A DNA stretch of 63,494 bases, the filler included, from Octopus bimaculoides (taxonomy: Eukaryota): NCBI RefSeq assembly GCF_001194135.2. It is 5 parts of 5 records of this genome, joined end to end, with 100 filler letters (N's around TTAATTAATTAA, not from the genome) between each part and the next. Parts side by side here need not be neighbours in the genome. Positions count along the whole stretch, not along the records: positions 20,651 to 41,048 come from NC_068982.1; positions 41,149 to 45,230 come from NC_068987.1; positions 45,331 to 58,278 come from NC_069001.1; 2 more parts are not named here. One strand, written 5' to 3'. Positions 39,500-52,268 of the stretch are shown here, piece by piece. Below the pieces are notes generated by a model, which was given only the letters and a program-made list of their open reading frames with translations, was not told where the DNA came from and ran no database searches. Made by a program: the position numbers and the translations under genes. How positions within the stretch are numbered: the first letter of the stretch is position 1; each line of letters opens with the position of its first letter.

Positions 39500-40200
39500 G
39501 ATCTGTAAGCACAAGACAGTGTCAACGACCAATCAGTGATCTGGGAGGTTGTACACGATAATGGGTGAGAAGCGAAGTGTCAGTCAAAGTTGCTTGTGTG
39601 AAGGTACCACGAGTCCAATTAGCTCCGAGTAACGAAGGACATTATGTCAAGGCTAAAAACAGCAGAGAGAGAGAAACATGAATATATATAGACTGAAGAA
39701 AATGAAGAGAAACAAAGCCAGATATACCAGAGGTGATAGAATGAAGGGCAGAAAGAATTCTATTAAGAAAATCTAATATTGCAATTTGATACAAAGTTAT
39801 TGAGTCAAGTGAAGAGAGATTGGCCAAGCCCATAGGCGTGCAATTTCGATGGGAAATTCGCAAGTGATTCACAGTCGAAAGCCCAGCTGATGTCGAGGGA
39901 AACAAAATTGCTTTCTCCATATTTCGCTAAGGTGAGTCCCAAAGCTGGGTATCACATGACGTAGTATATTAGGCTGCCAGTGGATATAGGTTTAAAGGAA
40001 CCGCGCTACTACTCGTTAGGAACAGTGAGATATTCAAGCTGTCAGAGTGTTTTGTCAATGTTAGCCTAAAAGATACTGGAAGTGAGTGTGATGGGGCGAT
40101 ATTAGCAGAAATAGATATGTTACCTTTCTTGTGATTTGAACACACTGTATTGTGTCTCCAAGATCAGCGTAAATCACCTTGTAAAGACACCAAGTGGTCA
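39500..40200 (-). mobile_element. Decayed CR1/L2/Jockey-type LINE reverse transcriptase fragment
   Basis: Minus strand: YGESNFVSLDISWAFD...SKLHAYGL...*LNNFV, then frameshifted ITSGI...IYIH, corresponding to LDISKAFD...KLxxYG and SGVPQGS...IYIN. Confidence 0.7.
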
Positions 40201-40921
40201 AAGGAACTAGAGAGCCTTGGTAGTTAGCTCTCAAGTATACTATTTCAGAGTTAGAAAATGGGTATTCTCGAGGTTGTTGGTCTGAAAGGGAAGAAAGCGA
40301 TAGATTTGGAAGGGATTTATCAAGTGTGTTCAGTGTAATAGCAACAAAACGGGAAAATTATCTAAATTGTGGAAGTAAGGAAGCAGTGGGACAATATATT
40401 AATAAAAATATTTATAAATTCATCGAAATATGGTTAGTTACAGAGCATTCTTGACTGACAAAATTATATCAGAAAATGCAATAAGCATTATTCTATTGTT
40501 ATGTGCAAAACACGCGATGTATATGTGTTCACTTGCAAAATACCTAAAGATATTTCTTTTGTATTACATATTTTCAGCACACAAAATATAAGAAGGTGGC
40601 TAATGTTAACGAACTTTTAGTTTTGATGAATAACTGTCCATATTTCAGGTAATACCAAATCCAGTTATATGAAAAGTGAACAATTTTAGTTAAATGGTTC
40701 TTGAAAATTCATCAGTTAGTATTGACAGAAACTTTTGAAAGAATTCGACAATTCCGATTTTTTGTTGAAAATTTTAAAATTTTCTAGACCCATATATTTC
40801 AGAGAGAGGCGAGTCGTATAACAGACAATCGATATTATCTGTGTTGTTACTATCACCCTTTCAACTTCAGATATTTTTGAACAGTAAAGTGACGTTATGC
40901 TGAGTGTCTGTAAGTGTGTAA

Positions 40922-40967
<46 letters not shown>

Positions 40968-41148
40968 GTCTCTTAAAGGATAGAGCTCAAAATCAATGCA
41001 TTGAAGATACTTTATTGCAGTAACAATTATAATAACAGAAACAACCACNNNNNNNNNNNNNNNNNNNNNNNNNNNNNNNNNNNNNNNNNNNNTTAATTAA
41101 TTAANNNNNNNNNNNNNNNNNNNNNNNNNNNNNNNNNNNNNNNNNNNN

Positions 41149-41310
41149 CAGTTTTGTTAGATTTCTAACAAAACTGTCCGATGAACGGGAACGTGAAACT
41201 CAGAGTAACAGTCTTTTGTTATATTTCTGCTGCTTTTAAATAAAGCATATTACTCTACCTCTGGTATTTGAGTACTCTTTTTTCCACCTTGTTGCACATT
41301 TCATGTGCTT
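41149..41310. repeat. Palindrome-centred repeat carrying the hammerhead (probable Penelope-like pseudo-LTR); second copy at 63420-63494
   Basis: cagttttgttag-attt-ctaacaaaactg hairpin; ~75 bp shared with the reverse complement of the window end. Confidence 0.7.
41167..41220 (+). ncRNA. Putative minimal type I hammerhead ribozyme (CCGAUGA core variant)
   Basis: Stem I actgt/acagt extended by aacaaa/tttgtt past a bulge; core CCGATGA (41178-84); stem II acg-GGAA-cgt; GAAA; stem III ac(t)...(a)gt; predicted GUA cleavage after 41207. Confidence 0.6.
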
Positions 41311-41339
41311 ACTCCGGTATATATATATATATATATAAA

Positions 41340-42470
41340 TGTGTAATATTCAAGACGAGGAGATTAGAGGGAGTGATGCAGGGCCAGATCGAAAAATGCC
41401 TGAGACCGGTCTGAGGTTCAAAACCTTGTGTCGCCCGTGGGAGACGCTTTGGTACAGTTGAAGTAAGTGAAGAAAAAGCCAAAGAAAATGCCACAACAAC
41501 CCTCGAAAGTGAGAGATTATGGCCAATTCTAACCCTGTCGGAAGGTTGTCAAATTAAAGGTACCACAGGTTTCACCACAAGTGGGCGTCCTTTGCTGGTA
41601 GCAGCCGTATAATTCAGTATAGAGGTCCAAATAAAAATTCTGCAAGTCCACAGAATGGGGCGAAACAGTCCATTTAAAAGCTTTCTGTTCCATGCAAGAA
41701 AAAAAAAAAACGCTGCTGCGGACAGCTCTAACACCACAACAGCAACAACAAAAATAACAGCAGCTACACCGCCAACAACAACAACAGCATCGGTGCCAAG
41801 AGAAGCAGGAGAAATCCATTCAACATCAGCAGCAAGCAGCGGTACCACAACTGAAAGAAACTATAACAATACCTACACCATCGTAACTGAGAGAAGAAGA
41901 CTTACCGACATCAGTCGACCAAACCACCAGCCTAGAAATGCCTGACTGTGTAGACATACCCTTCCACACTGTCACAGACTTTTCCGACTATGAAAACTCA
42001 TCTAGCGAAGAAAACAGTCTTGGAAACCCACCAGAATGGATCCCGGTGAAAATAGAAAGGAAAAAATTACGAACTGAAAGGTGCGGTACAAGACTAAAAA
42101 CAAGAAGATAGAAGAGGAGACACAGAAACCAACAAACCATCACACACCCATTCACTTCATACTAATAAACGTCTCCAACACTACAAGCACCACCAACATT
42201 ACAAACACCTCAACAAACGAAAACACAGCAATCCAGACCAACAATATAAAGAGTATGCCCAGTGCATCACTAATTACACGGCCATAAACACAAACAGGCA
42301 CTTAACACATATTCAAAAATATGCAGACATTACCCGGTTACTGGAAGCTGAACGTGTCATTCTAAGCGTGCCAAGTTTACAGAGACCGATTAGCGAATTA
42401 GTTAGGCGAACCTTGACGGGATTTTGTGAACCCTTAGAAGTTAATAAAGAAAACATTATTATTATTATTG
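41340..42470 (+). mobile_element. L1/Tx1-like ORF1 remnant with a 3' AATAAA and no RT seen
   Basis: VARGRRFGTVEV-SEEKAKENATT and LLVAAV align by eye with FTRGGKCGAVEVYFRTEEDAEKYST and WLVAAV of the 50577-52268 element. Degenerate knuckle (W for C)GETVHLKAFC; ttaataaag followed by (ATT)n. Confidence 0.6.
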
Positions 42471-42808
42471 TTCAGTAGTTTTATTTTTATAACGTGCTTT
42501 CACTTCACTACCGAGCGCAGCTCTGTGCGCCTTGGGTATGTGCTGTGGTTTGCTGTGGTGCTCTTATGTTTACTGTATTGAAAGTGTTTTGCGTAGAATG
42601 TGTGCAGTACCCAGTAGTGCAATTTTCTGTATGTTATATATATTTGTAAGTCCTGGTGTTTTTGTTATGTATTTGTCTGAATATTTTTTATTATACCTAA
42701 GGCACCTACTATGATAGGAATTGTTTCTGTTTTTAGATTCCACATTCGAGTTATCTCTATTTCCAGGTCTTTGTATTTTGAAAGTTTTTCCATTTCTTTT
42801 AGAGAAAN
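42455..42808 (-). mobile_element. R4/Dong-like non-LTR element 3' end (restriction-like endonuclease C-terminus, 3' UTR, AAT tail)
   Basis: KEMEKLSKYKDLEIEITRMWNLKTETIPIIVGALGII, then IQKIALLGTAHILRKTLSIQ*. Confidence 0.88.
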
Positions 42809-43284
42809 NNNNNNNNNNNNNNNNNNNNNNNNNNNNNNNNNNNNNNNNNNNNNNNNNNNNNNNNNNNNNNNNNNNNNNNNNNNNNNNNNNNNNNNNNNNN
42901 NNNNNNNNNNNNNNNNNNNNNNNNNNNNNNNNNNNNNNNNNNNNNNNNNNNNNNNNNNNNNNNNNNNNNNNNNNNNNNNNNNNNNNNNNNNNNNNNNNNN
43001 NNNNNNNNNNNNNNNNNNNNNNNNNNNNNNNNNNNNNNNNNNNNNNNNNNNNNNNNNNNNNNNNNNNNNNNNNNNNNNNNNNNNNNNNNNNNNNNNNNNN
43101 NNNNNNNNNNNNNNNNNNNNNNNNNNNNNNNNNNNNNNNNNNNNNNNNNNNNNNNNNNNNNNNNNNNNNNNNNNNNNNNNNNNNNNNNNNNNNNNNNNNN
43201 NNNNNNNNNNNNNNNNNNNNNNNNNNNNNNNNNNNNNNNNNNNNNNNNNNNNNNNNNNNNNNNNNNNNNNNNNNNNNNNNNTTC

Positions 43285-43700
<416 letters not shown>

Positions 43701-44004
43701 GGTGGTCTGCTACACGTCCACGGCTCTGCAATGGCTAGTGTTGATTGGCTTATCTCATTTGCCACTTACATGCCGAATTGTTACATGTGTTGGGATCGGG
43801 AAAAGTATATAGTTTACAAATTCCTATTTTGCCCGAAATTACCACCAAAGATAAGAGGTAAGTGGCAAGTCTATCTAACATTCAGTCACTCGTTATGCAT
43901 GCATTTGCGTGTGTGTGTGTGTTGTTGTTGTTCCGGTGATGGTTATAGTTGTTTTTGTTGTTGTTATAGATGTTGCTTGTTCTCGTTTTTGAGTGAGTAG
44001 CCCT

Positions 44005-44290
44005 GGTCAGTCCCACTTAAACAGATCTATAATGCAGAGAATGTTGATCCACTGAGCACTTGTACAGGCAATGTTTACTTGACGGAAGGAATGACCCCCA
44101 GCATCTGATCACTATAAGCAAATAATCTGTATAGGTTGTTCAGGAAGAAATTGCGACAGGAGAATCTACATTTTCTGAGAACTACGTTAATCAATGTGTA
44201 CCTCCTGTTCCAAGACAGTATAGCCATTTGAGAGAAAATTTGGTTGGTACTTCTAGCAAATGAAATGACCACGTAGAGGTTCCCTCGAAG
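44005..44290 (+). mobile_element. Degenerate SINE-like repeat related to family C
   Basis: Shares ctgagaactacgttaa with the 7411 copy; otherwise diverged. Confidence 0.4.
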
Positions 44291-45330
44291 GTTCAGCAAC
44301 ATGGTTCCAAAGCGAAATGGAAATAGGCGTCAATGACAGTGATGGAGAAAGTGGCGGTGACAGATTTGTTTACACTTACATATTATCAATGCCCTCTAGA
44401 ACATGATAAACATGAAAGCAACATTAATTTCCTGTTTTATATCTTAGGTTGTGCCTGGGAACGTGTCTGTCACGCTAGAAAGTATCATACCGAAGGTGTG
44501 ATTGCTTTTGATGAGATGTAAGTAGATTTATTTTGATTTACAGAATTCAATTACAACACTGATGTCGATATACTGGGACACTACCTTATACGAATTTAAT
44601 CGATGATATCATAACTAGTTTGTTTAGTTTATTGAATTTTTTAGGATGAAAGAGACATAACCAAAACAAACGATATTCTACTACGGGATTGTGCCACCCA
44701 ACGCCGAACAAATACACGCACACCCACGCGCCCACACACAACCACGCACATACACACATATATACACACCTACATACATACATACATACATACATACATA
44801 CATGCATGCCTAATACATACATGCATAATACATACATGCATATATATATACACACAAGAGAGAAAAAAAGCCAGGTCAGTTTCTCCTCATTTTTGCGATT
44901 ATCAAAGAATATGTATATGTATTTTTCCATATATGTATTTTCATACTTACACTGTTTTAAACATTTTCATCTTATTATCAGAGAATATGTGATAATCAGT
45001 ATGTAACACTACAAAGTTCATACAAAGCTTTATACTTTAAATATATTCCTCTTATTATCATCAAAGAATGTATATATGCATTTTAATATTCAAACTGTTT
45101 TTTAACATTTTTTATTATTCTCAAAGACTTTTGATAATCTTTTTCTAAAAAAGTGAAACCGGTTAAGTAAATAAATATCTTTAAAATAAGTGCATTTTCA
45201 AACCTTCTTTCATATATATATATATATATANNNNNNNNNNNNNNNNNNNNNNNNNNNNNNNNNNNNNNNNNNNNTTAATTAATTAANNNNNNNNNNNNNN
45301 NNNNNNNNNNNNNNNNNNNNNNNNNNNNNN

Positions 45331-45689
45331 GTTAAAGGTGTGAGTGCCAGGCAGAACAGGAGTGGAGAGAGCGTGTCTCCCTGGAATATTCCTCTTCTAA
45401 TGGGGATGGCTTTCGTTTTCACAAGTCCCTCTTTTGTTTGGAGCTGTAGCACTGTCTGCCATTTGTTCATTGAGTGCTCTATGTATTTTATGATAATTGG
45501 TGCCACCTTGTTTATGGCTAGTGTTTCCAGAATCCACGTGTGGGGAACACTGTCGAAAGCCTTTTGGTAGTCCACCCAGGCCATACTGAGGCCTTTCTTC
45601 TTTCTGCGGCTGTCTTCAGTTATGGCTTTATTGATCAATAATTGATCTTTACAGCCGTATGAGCCCTTGCAGCATCCCTTCTGCTCTTC

Positions 45690-45690
<1 letters not shown>
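45331..45690 (-). mobile_element. R4/Dong-like reverse transcriptase fragment
   Basis: QKGCCKGSYGCKDQLLINKAI...AWVDYQKAFDSVPHTWI...RRGIFQGDTLSPLLFCLAL. Confidence 0.92.
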
Positions 45691-45723
<33 letters not shown>

Positions 45724-45869
45724 TATGCACGTTACACAGTATACAATATCGTGAGGTTGTTGATTGAAAATAAGTCTGAAGTTCAAGTTGGTGTTATGAC
45801 TAGAGTGCCGTATATTTGGTTTGGCACAGAGTATTATTCTAGAGAATGTCTGTCAAAACGTAAGTAAAT

Positions 45870-46620
45870 TAGAACAACAGGTATTGTTTTAGGTTCCACA
45901 TTTTGCCAATTTCTATTTCAAGATCTTTATATTTGCTCAGTTCCTGGCAGGTCTTGATAAATACATTTATGTCGATTGGGACAGTCATATCAATGAGGAG
46001 GCATGATTTTTGTCTGAATTTCTTCAATATAATGCCTGGCCTATTTGTATCTATCTTTCTGTCAGTTTGAACGGTGAAGTTCCAAAGGAGTGAGATGGGG
46101 TCATTTTCAAGCACTAGTAGCTTGTGTTCTCACCAGTTTTTATCACGGTTCAGGTCTAAGTCTTTGCAAATTACCCAGTGAATATACTGTGCTGCTCTAT
46201 CATGCCTGTTGATATACTCTGTAGGCGCAAGAAGACTGCGTATGGAGACAAGATCAATGGTTTCATCTTGATGTTTACATACACGACATGTTGGGCTACT
46301 CCCGTTCTTTAATATGTTGTCCTAGTAGCTTCTTGTAGGTAGGTATTGATCTTGGGCTGCAATGATAAACCCTTCTGTCTCTGATTTTTAAGCCAGAAGA
46401 CACTAACCATTGAGGATTTTGGGGGAGGGCTTCGTCAACATCGGCATTATTAGTTCTTTTGGGGTACTTGCAATTGAGAGGTTTTTCTTGCCGTTTATCA
46501 GTAAGAATGTCTAAGGCAGCAGTCTTAGCACATGTTTTCATACGCTTAGCTTTTTCTGTGCTTCTTTCCAGTACGTCTAATTCTAGGATTTGTTGAATTT
46601 GGAATTTCTTATTATTAAGG
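45870..46620 (-). mobile_element. R4/Dong-like fragment (thumb, zinc knuckle, restriction-like endonuclease)
   Basis: Frameshifted: GFIIAAQDQ region, CRVCKHQDETIDL, YINRHDRAAQYIHWVICK, LLWNFTVQTDRKIDTNRP..I, IDMTVP, SKYKDLEIEIGKMW. Confidence 0.88.
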
Positions 46621-47312
46621 CACGGAAGAGCTGTCAGCCGGGCCTGCCCGACGTGTGCGCAGAACAATAAAACCGTTCTACACGCCCTCGTCCAGTGTCC
46701 GAGTATTGTTGACCTGTGGGTTTATGTCGAACACCTGCTGTCGCGTATAGGACGGATCCGGCTATCAGCTGAATCTATTGTGAACATTGCCCCGCTGCCC
46801 TCTTTTGGCCAAGAGGGGAAGGCAATTTTTATTTGTCTAGTGGCTTTAGCGAAAGAGGTAGTATGGTGGACTCGTCTGAAAGGGCTAAAGTCAGACACTT
46901 TCCTCTTTGGCCAAGCCCTCATCAACTTTTTCAAGTTTCACTTGAAAAGAAAGTTGAGAGTGGAAAGGAGTGAAAAGGGAAGTGTTGCCTTGTAGCAAGT
47001 TTGTTGAAAGGTGGGTGAATGTTGGAAGAATGGCTAGTGTGAAATGGCTAATTCTGAGCGTACAAATGTAAAAAAGAGAATGAAAGGAGGACTCTTGCCC
47101 TGTTGATCAGGAACCCGTGGCTTTTGTGGATTTTTCCACGAGGACCCTAAAGCGCCCCCCACCACCGGGAGTTTTAATTTGTCTAATTTTTTATTGTCAT
47201 ATTTATTGCTTACACGCTGTAAAACCCATTGTATCGTCCTGTTGTTGTATTTTATGTTGTTGCATGTCATTTAATGTTATTTTATGAGCCCTTGTGGCTA
47301 ATAAAAGAATTT
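46620..47312 (+). mobile_element. L1/Tx1-like ORF2 C-terminus plus 3' UTR and (ATT)n tail
   Basis: CPTCAQNNKTVLHALVQCP (CCHC), DLWVYVEHLL, AKEVVWWTRLKG, HLKRKLRVER; ends ggctaataaaagaattt followed by (ATT)n. Confidence 0.8.
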
Positions 47313-47321
47313 ATTATTATA

Positions 47322-47369
<48 letters not shown>

Positions 47370-47370
<1 letters not shown>

Positions 47371-47442
47371 GGGCGGTGAGCTGGCAGAATCGTTAGCACA
47401 CTAGGCAAAACGCTTAGCAGCATTTCGTCTGTCGTTACGTTC
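47370..47442 (+). mobile_element. SINE family A head (runs into a gap)
   Basis: gggcggtgagctggcagaatcgttagcacactaggcaaaacgcttagc. Confidence 0.8.
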
Positions 47443-48742
47443 NNNNNNNNNNNNNNNNNNNNNNNNNNNNNNNNNNNNNNNNNNNNNNNNNNNNNNNNNN
47501 NNNNNNNNNNNNNNNNNNNNNNNNNNNNNNNNNNNNNNNNNNNNNNNNNNNNNNNNNNNNNNNNNNNNNNNNNNNNNNNNNNNNNNNNNNNNNNNNNNNN
47601 NNNNNNNNNNNNNNNNNNNNNNNNNNNNNNNNNNNNNNNNNNNNNNNNNNNNNNNNNNNNNNNNNNNNNNNNNNNNNNNNNNNNNNNNNNNNNNNNNNNN
47701 NNNNNNNNNNNNNNNNNNNNNNNNNNNNNNNNNNNNNNNNNNNNNNNNNNNNNNNNNNNNNNNNNNNNNNNNNNNNNNNNNNNNNNNNNNNNNNNNNNNN
47801 NNNNNNNNNNNNNNNNNNNNNNNNNNNNNNNNNNNNNNNNNNNNNNNNNNNNNNNNNNNNNNNNNNNNNNNNNNNNNNNNNNNNNNNNNNNNNNNNNNNN
47901 NNNNNNNNNNNNNNNNNNNNNNNNNNNNNNNNNNNNNNNNNNNNNNNNNNNNNNNNNNNNNNNNNNNNNNNNNNNNNNNNNNNNNNNNNNNNNNNNNNNN
48001 NNNNNNNNNNNNNNNNNNNNNNNNNNNNNNNNNNNNNNNNNNNNNNNNNNNNNNNNNNNNNNNNNNNNNNNNNNNNNNNNNNNNNNNNNNNNNNNNNNNN
48101 NNNNNNNNNNNNNNNNNNNNNNNNNNNNNNNNNNNNNNNNNNNNNNNNNNNNNNNNNNNNNNNNNNNNNNNNNNNNNNNNNNNNNNNNNNNNNNNNNNNN
48201 NNNNNNNNNNNNNNNNNNNNNNNNNNNNNNNNNNNNNNNNNNNNNNNNNNNNNNNNNNNNNNNNNNNNNNNNNNNNNNNNNNNNNNNNNNNNNNNNNNNN
48301 NNNNNNNNNNNNNNNNNNNNNNNNNNNNNNNNNNNNNNNNNNNNNNNNNNNNNNNNNNNNNNNNNNNNNNNNNNNNNNNNNNNNNNNNNNNNNNNNNNNN
48401 NNNNNNNNATATATACATGGAAAAATTATGCAAAATGTATAAATGGATGATGAGTAAAACCCCGGCACAGTTTAGGTTACCTGTTGTTATTCGTAGATTT
48501 ACTGCAGGAACTTCGAAGTGGTGGTTGGCGTAATAGTATTAATAAAATAGGAGATGGAATGCGTAATAGACTTTATTAAGTAGAGCACATGTTTCTACCC
48601 GTCGTTCTAGGTCTCTTCGGGTACAACAATAAAAAAAGTCGCACTAGAGATTACTTGGGTCGGCTTGTGTACCGCTATATGTCCATCAAATTCGAGAATA
48701 TACTTAATAAAGTCTATTACACATTCTATCTCCTATTTTATT

Positions 48743-48776
<34 letters not shown>

Positions 48777-49874
48777 CTGGATGCGTGTGTGCATATGTTT
48801 GTTTGTTCGTGTGTGTGTTCGCACATGCGTGCGTAAGTAGTACGCACATATCAATGCAAAACTATATATGCTCACATATATAATTTTTGTTATTGCAAAT
48901 GAACAGACAGGTACATTTCCAAAATAGCCTATGTTAAGATTAAATAAAATATTTAAACCGTGAAATAGTGCTCTACACGGCTTTAAGCTGAGTGCACGTA
49001 CCCCAACTGTTGTACTGTAGCTATTCCACTCCTCTGATGCATATTGAGAAGAAACAATTAATGATATATCATTTAAAGATGATACGATTTGTTCGTCAGA
49101 AATGTGGTTTTATTTCCTTTTGAAACGACTGGAAACTGCTCAAGTAGGATAAGTGAACTCTTACCTGAGTAGCTAGCAACTGTCTCCCTCCAGCCATGTC
49201 GTTCAATATAATTTGTGCTTCTTTAATTATTGGCTTTAGTTATGGCTTTAAGTTAACTCTTAAAAATCAAGTTATACATCTGAGGAATTACTTTGATCTC
49301 TTAAAAGTTTATCTGCTTCACCAACAGCGGTATGCATGAAACGGTAGTTAACTAAAAGACAGACTTACCTGATTTCTATATCCTATTAAATGATTTCTTT
49401 CTTCCCCCTCGGTTTTACTTCTATTGTCAAATTGTCTCTCTTTATATTTGTACTTTTATTTCTTTTTCTTTTTAATCTTCCTTCGGGTGATTATTCACAT
49501 AATGTTTCTACTTCTATCAGACAGTGAGCAGATAGTAGAAATATTATTTCTTCAAACGAAATCTCAGAACAAGAGATGTTTAAAAAAAATGAAATAATGT
49601 GGTTAGTTCTCTATGAAGAGATATGCTTGTAGTGGTTATAGATGTGGGTGTATGATTGTGTATTATAATTACTTTATAATTAATTTCTAATCTGTGTCAA
49701 AGTATAATATGTCACTTCTAAACTTTGGTATTGTTGATAAGTTTGTAACAAAATATTTATACGAAATGAATGTACTACGTGTATACGTGTACATGATTAT
49801 ACATAAGCGAATATAAACGGATAATTAAGTGTTTGTGTGTGTACATAATTACTGGTGTTTTATATTTAGGGTGA

Positions 49875-50090
49875 ACTCAAGGCAGCAAGGTCATTGAACC
49901 ATTACCACGCCGAGCAAACTGCTTATCGAAATTTCGTCTGCCTTTACGTTCTGAGTTCAAATGCTGCCGAGGTCGACTTTACTTTCCATCCTTTCAGGAT
50001 CGATAAATTATATACCAGTTGAGCACTGGGGTTAATATAATCGACTTGCCCCTGAAATTGTTGTCCTTGTGCCAAAATTTGAAACTAATA
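49875..50090 (+). mobile_element. SINE family A
   Basis: aaggcagcaagg...tacgttctgagttcaaatgctgccgaggtcgactt...gagcactgggg...ccttgtgccaaaatttgaaac. Confidence 0.8.
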
Positions 50091-50576
50091 TTTAGGATGA
50101 ACTCATCCCACAACATTTAGTGAGTGGTTAGAAAGTCTTCTTTGCCAAATGGTGTACCAAAGTGACATGAGACTGGGCAAGCCCTTCACGCTCTAGACCG
50201 TAAATAGCTATTGTGAGGAATATAAGAATAAATTGAAGAAATTACTGGTAAAAGGACCGAACATTATATCAAGTGGGTTATTACTTTCATACAAAATTCA
50301 CAATTTATACGGACACAACAGGCACACACCTATACAATTATGCACGCACAATGTACTCTTGGCCATGAACACACGTGCATTCATAAAGGCTTGTGTTTTC
50401 TCCTTCAACAGAAGGAAAGTAACCACTAAATATACCAAGTATCATGAATTCTACAACTGCATAATCTTCGTTGGCCAGAAAGTAGCACCCAACCCATTTG
50501 GTTGGAGTAATATGTATTTAAAGCAGTTTGAATCAGGTTTATATTATTTAAATCTCCGTGGGTGTGTAAGACGAGT

Positions 50577-52268
50577 AAATCTTTATTATAGGCACTAACG
50601 CCTCATTACAAAGAGGGGGGACATTACAAAGACAGACAATAAATACAGAACGCGGAATACATAAAACGAATGATGAAATGAAATGAGTAACTTACAGTGT
50701 GATGATGGAATGGCTTACGAGTCCCCCAAAACTCGCAGTTTCATTTAACAGTCTTCTTATACAGTTCTTATACAGTTTATTATCGTTTCTGATACTTTCA
50801 CGATTATATGTGGCTTCAATTCCTCCGTCATTACGACGCTTGGCAAGGTGTTGTAACCCACATACAATCCAGTTAGTTCGTAATCAAATCTGTTCGTTTG
50901 ATGCAGTTTGTTCGCCTTGTATTCCTCTACCACTATTGCTTTTGTTCCTTCTAAAAACGTTCCTGGTTCTAGTTTCAGCCTTACTAATCCTTTTATTTTG
51001 GATATCGGTTTTTCCAACTCTAAACTCTTTCTGTAAAAAAAACTATTGTTTTTATATTTTTGAATTCTACCTTTCCAAATATCTTTCCTTCCAACTTCGC
51101 CTTTTCCTTTTGTTCCATTATCGCATCCCACCAATTTATCCCCCACTCCTTTCTTGTCAATTGTTTTTCCTGCTTTGTGACTTGAGTTCTATTCTCAGTT
51201 TCATTTTGTTCCTCGTTGTCCTTGTCATCCTCCATCATCTTTTTTTCCCCTCTCTTTCTTTTTGGGGACTTTGGCGGCGATTCAGTCCGCATACATTTTC
51301 TATCTTCAACATTCTCTTCATGCTCCTCGGTCTCTTCCTCCACCTGCTTTTCTTCTACCTCCTCCTGTTCAACCTCCACCATTTCCTCTTCACAAACCTC
51401 TGTTTCTTCTACTTCTTTTTCTTATGTCTCTTCTACAATTATCTCTCTGCGGGGACACACCGCCTGCATGTGACCTCTACTTCCGTATTTGTAGCATACG
51501 GGTGGCCTCCCCTCCACCCCGATCCTCAGTCGGGTGTCATCGGGGAGCACCAACTCCTCAGCGATACTATGCAGGTCCGGCAGGGCAATGTGGGTTAGAA
51601 CCTCCACCCTAAAACCCCACCATCTGACTTCCCTTGACCTCTCCACCCCAACCACCTCCACCTCGTCCCTACACCTGCAAATTACCGCTGCCACCAGCCA
51701 TTCCAGGTCCACTTCCAATGGTACTCCACCAATTCTTATCCTTGCCGCCCTTTCTACCGCAATATACTGGTAAATGGGCCCATTCATCCGTTCTCAAATG
51801 TATGGTAGAGTACTTCTCTGCGTCTTCCTCAGTCCTGAAATAAACCTCCACCGCTCCACACTTTCCTCCTCTTGTGAACAACACCACCTCCTCCGTAATT
51901 TCACCTAAGCAGCTCTCAACCACATCCGTCTCCGCAACTTCAATCTTCCCGGAGTTCATATTTAAAGTCTCACATATAACTTCCTCTCGGCGTCCTCCAT
52001 CACTTCCTTGGGTTGGCCGACCTGCAGGCAGTCTCCATCCCTCTTCAAAAACTTAAATTTCCTCTTTACACCTTCCAGCTCGACCCTGACCCCCCTCATT
52101 CCCATGTCGTTGGCTAGCCGGCCGCTGCCGCGTAACTGGCAGTCATTTAAAACAACCACAGCAACAATTCTTCAACAATTTCAAACAACGGCACTCCTCA
52201 ACAAACAACTCACGCACGCTCTCCTTCAAAAAATCACAACATCAAAAAATCTCAACTGTCAGTCGACC
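50577..52268 (-). mobile_element. ORF1-only L1/Tx1-like non-autonomous retroelement (half-L1-like) with 18-bp TSD
   Basis: Perfect direct repeat tgggtgtgtaagacgagt at 50559-50576 and 52269-52286. Frameshifted ORF1 from MTASYAAAAG (ATG at 52146) to ~50757, with knuckle VEGRPPVCYKYGSRGHMQAVC and an acidic/basic linker. 3' UTR ends AATAAAgattt. No endonuclease or RT motifs. Confidence 0.82.
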
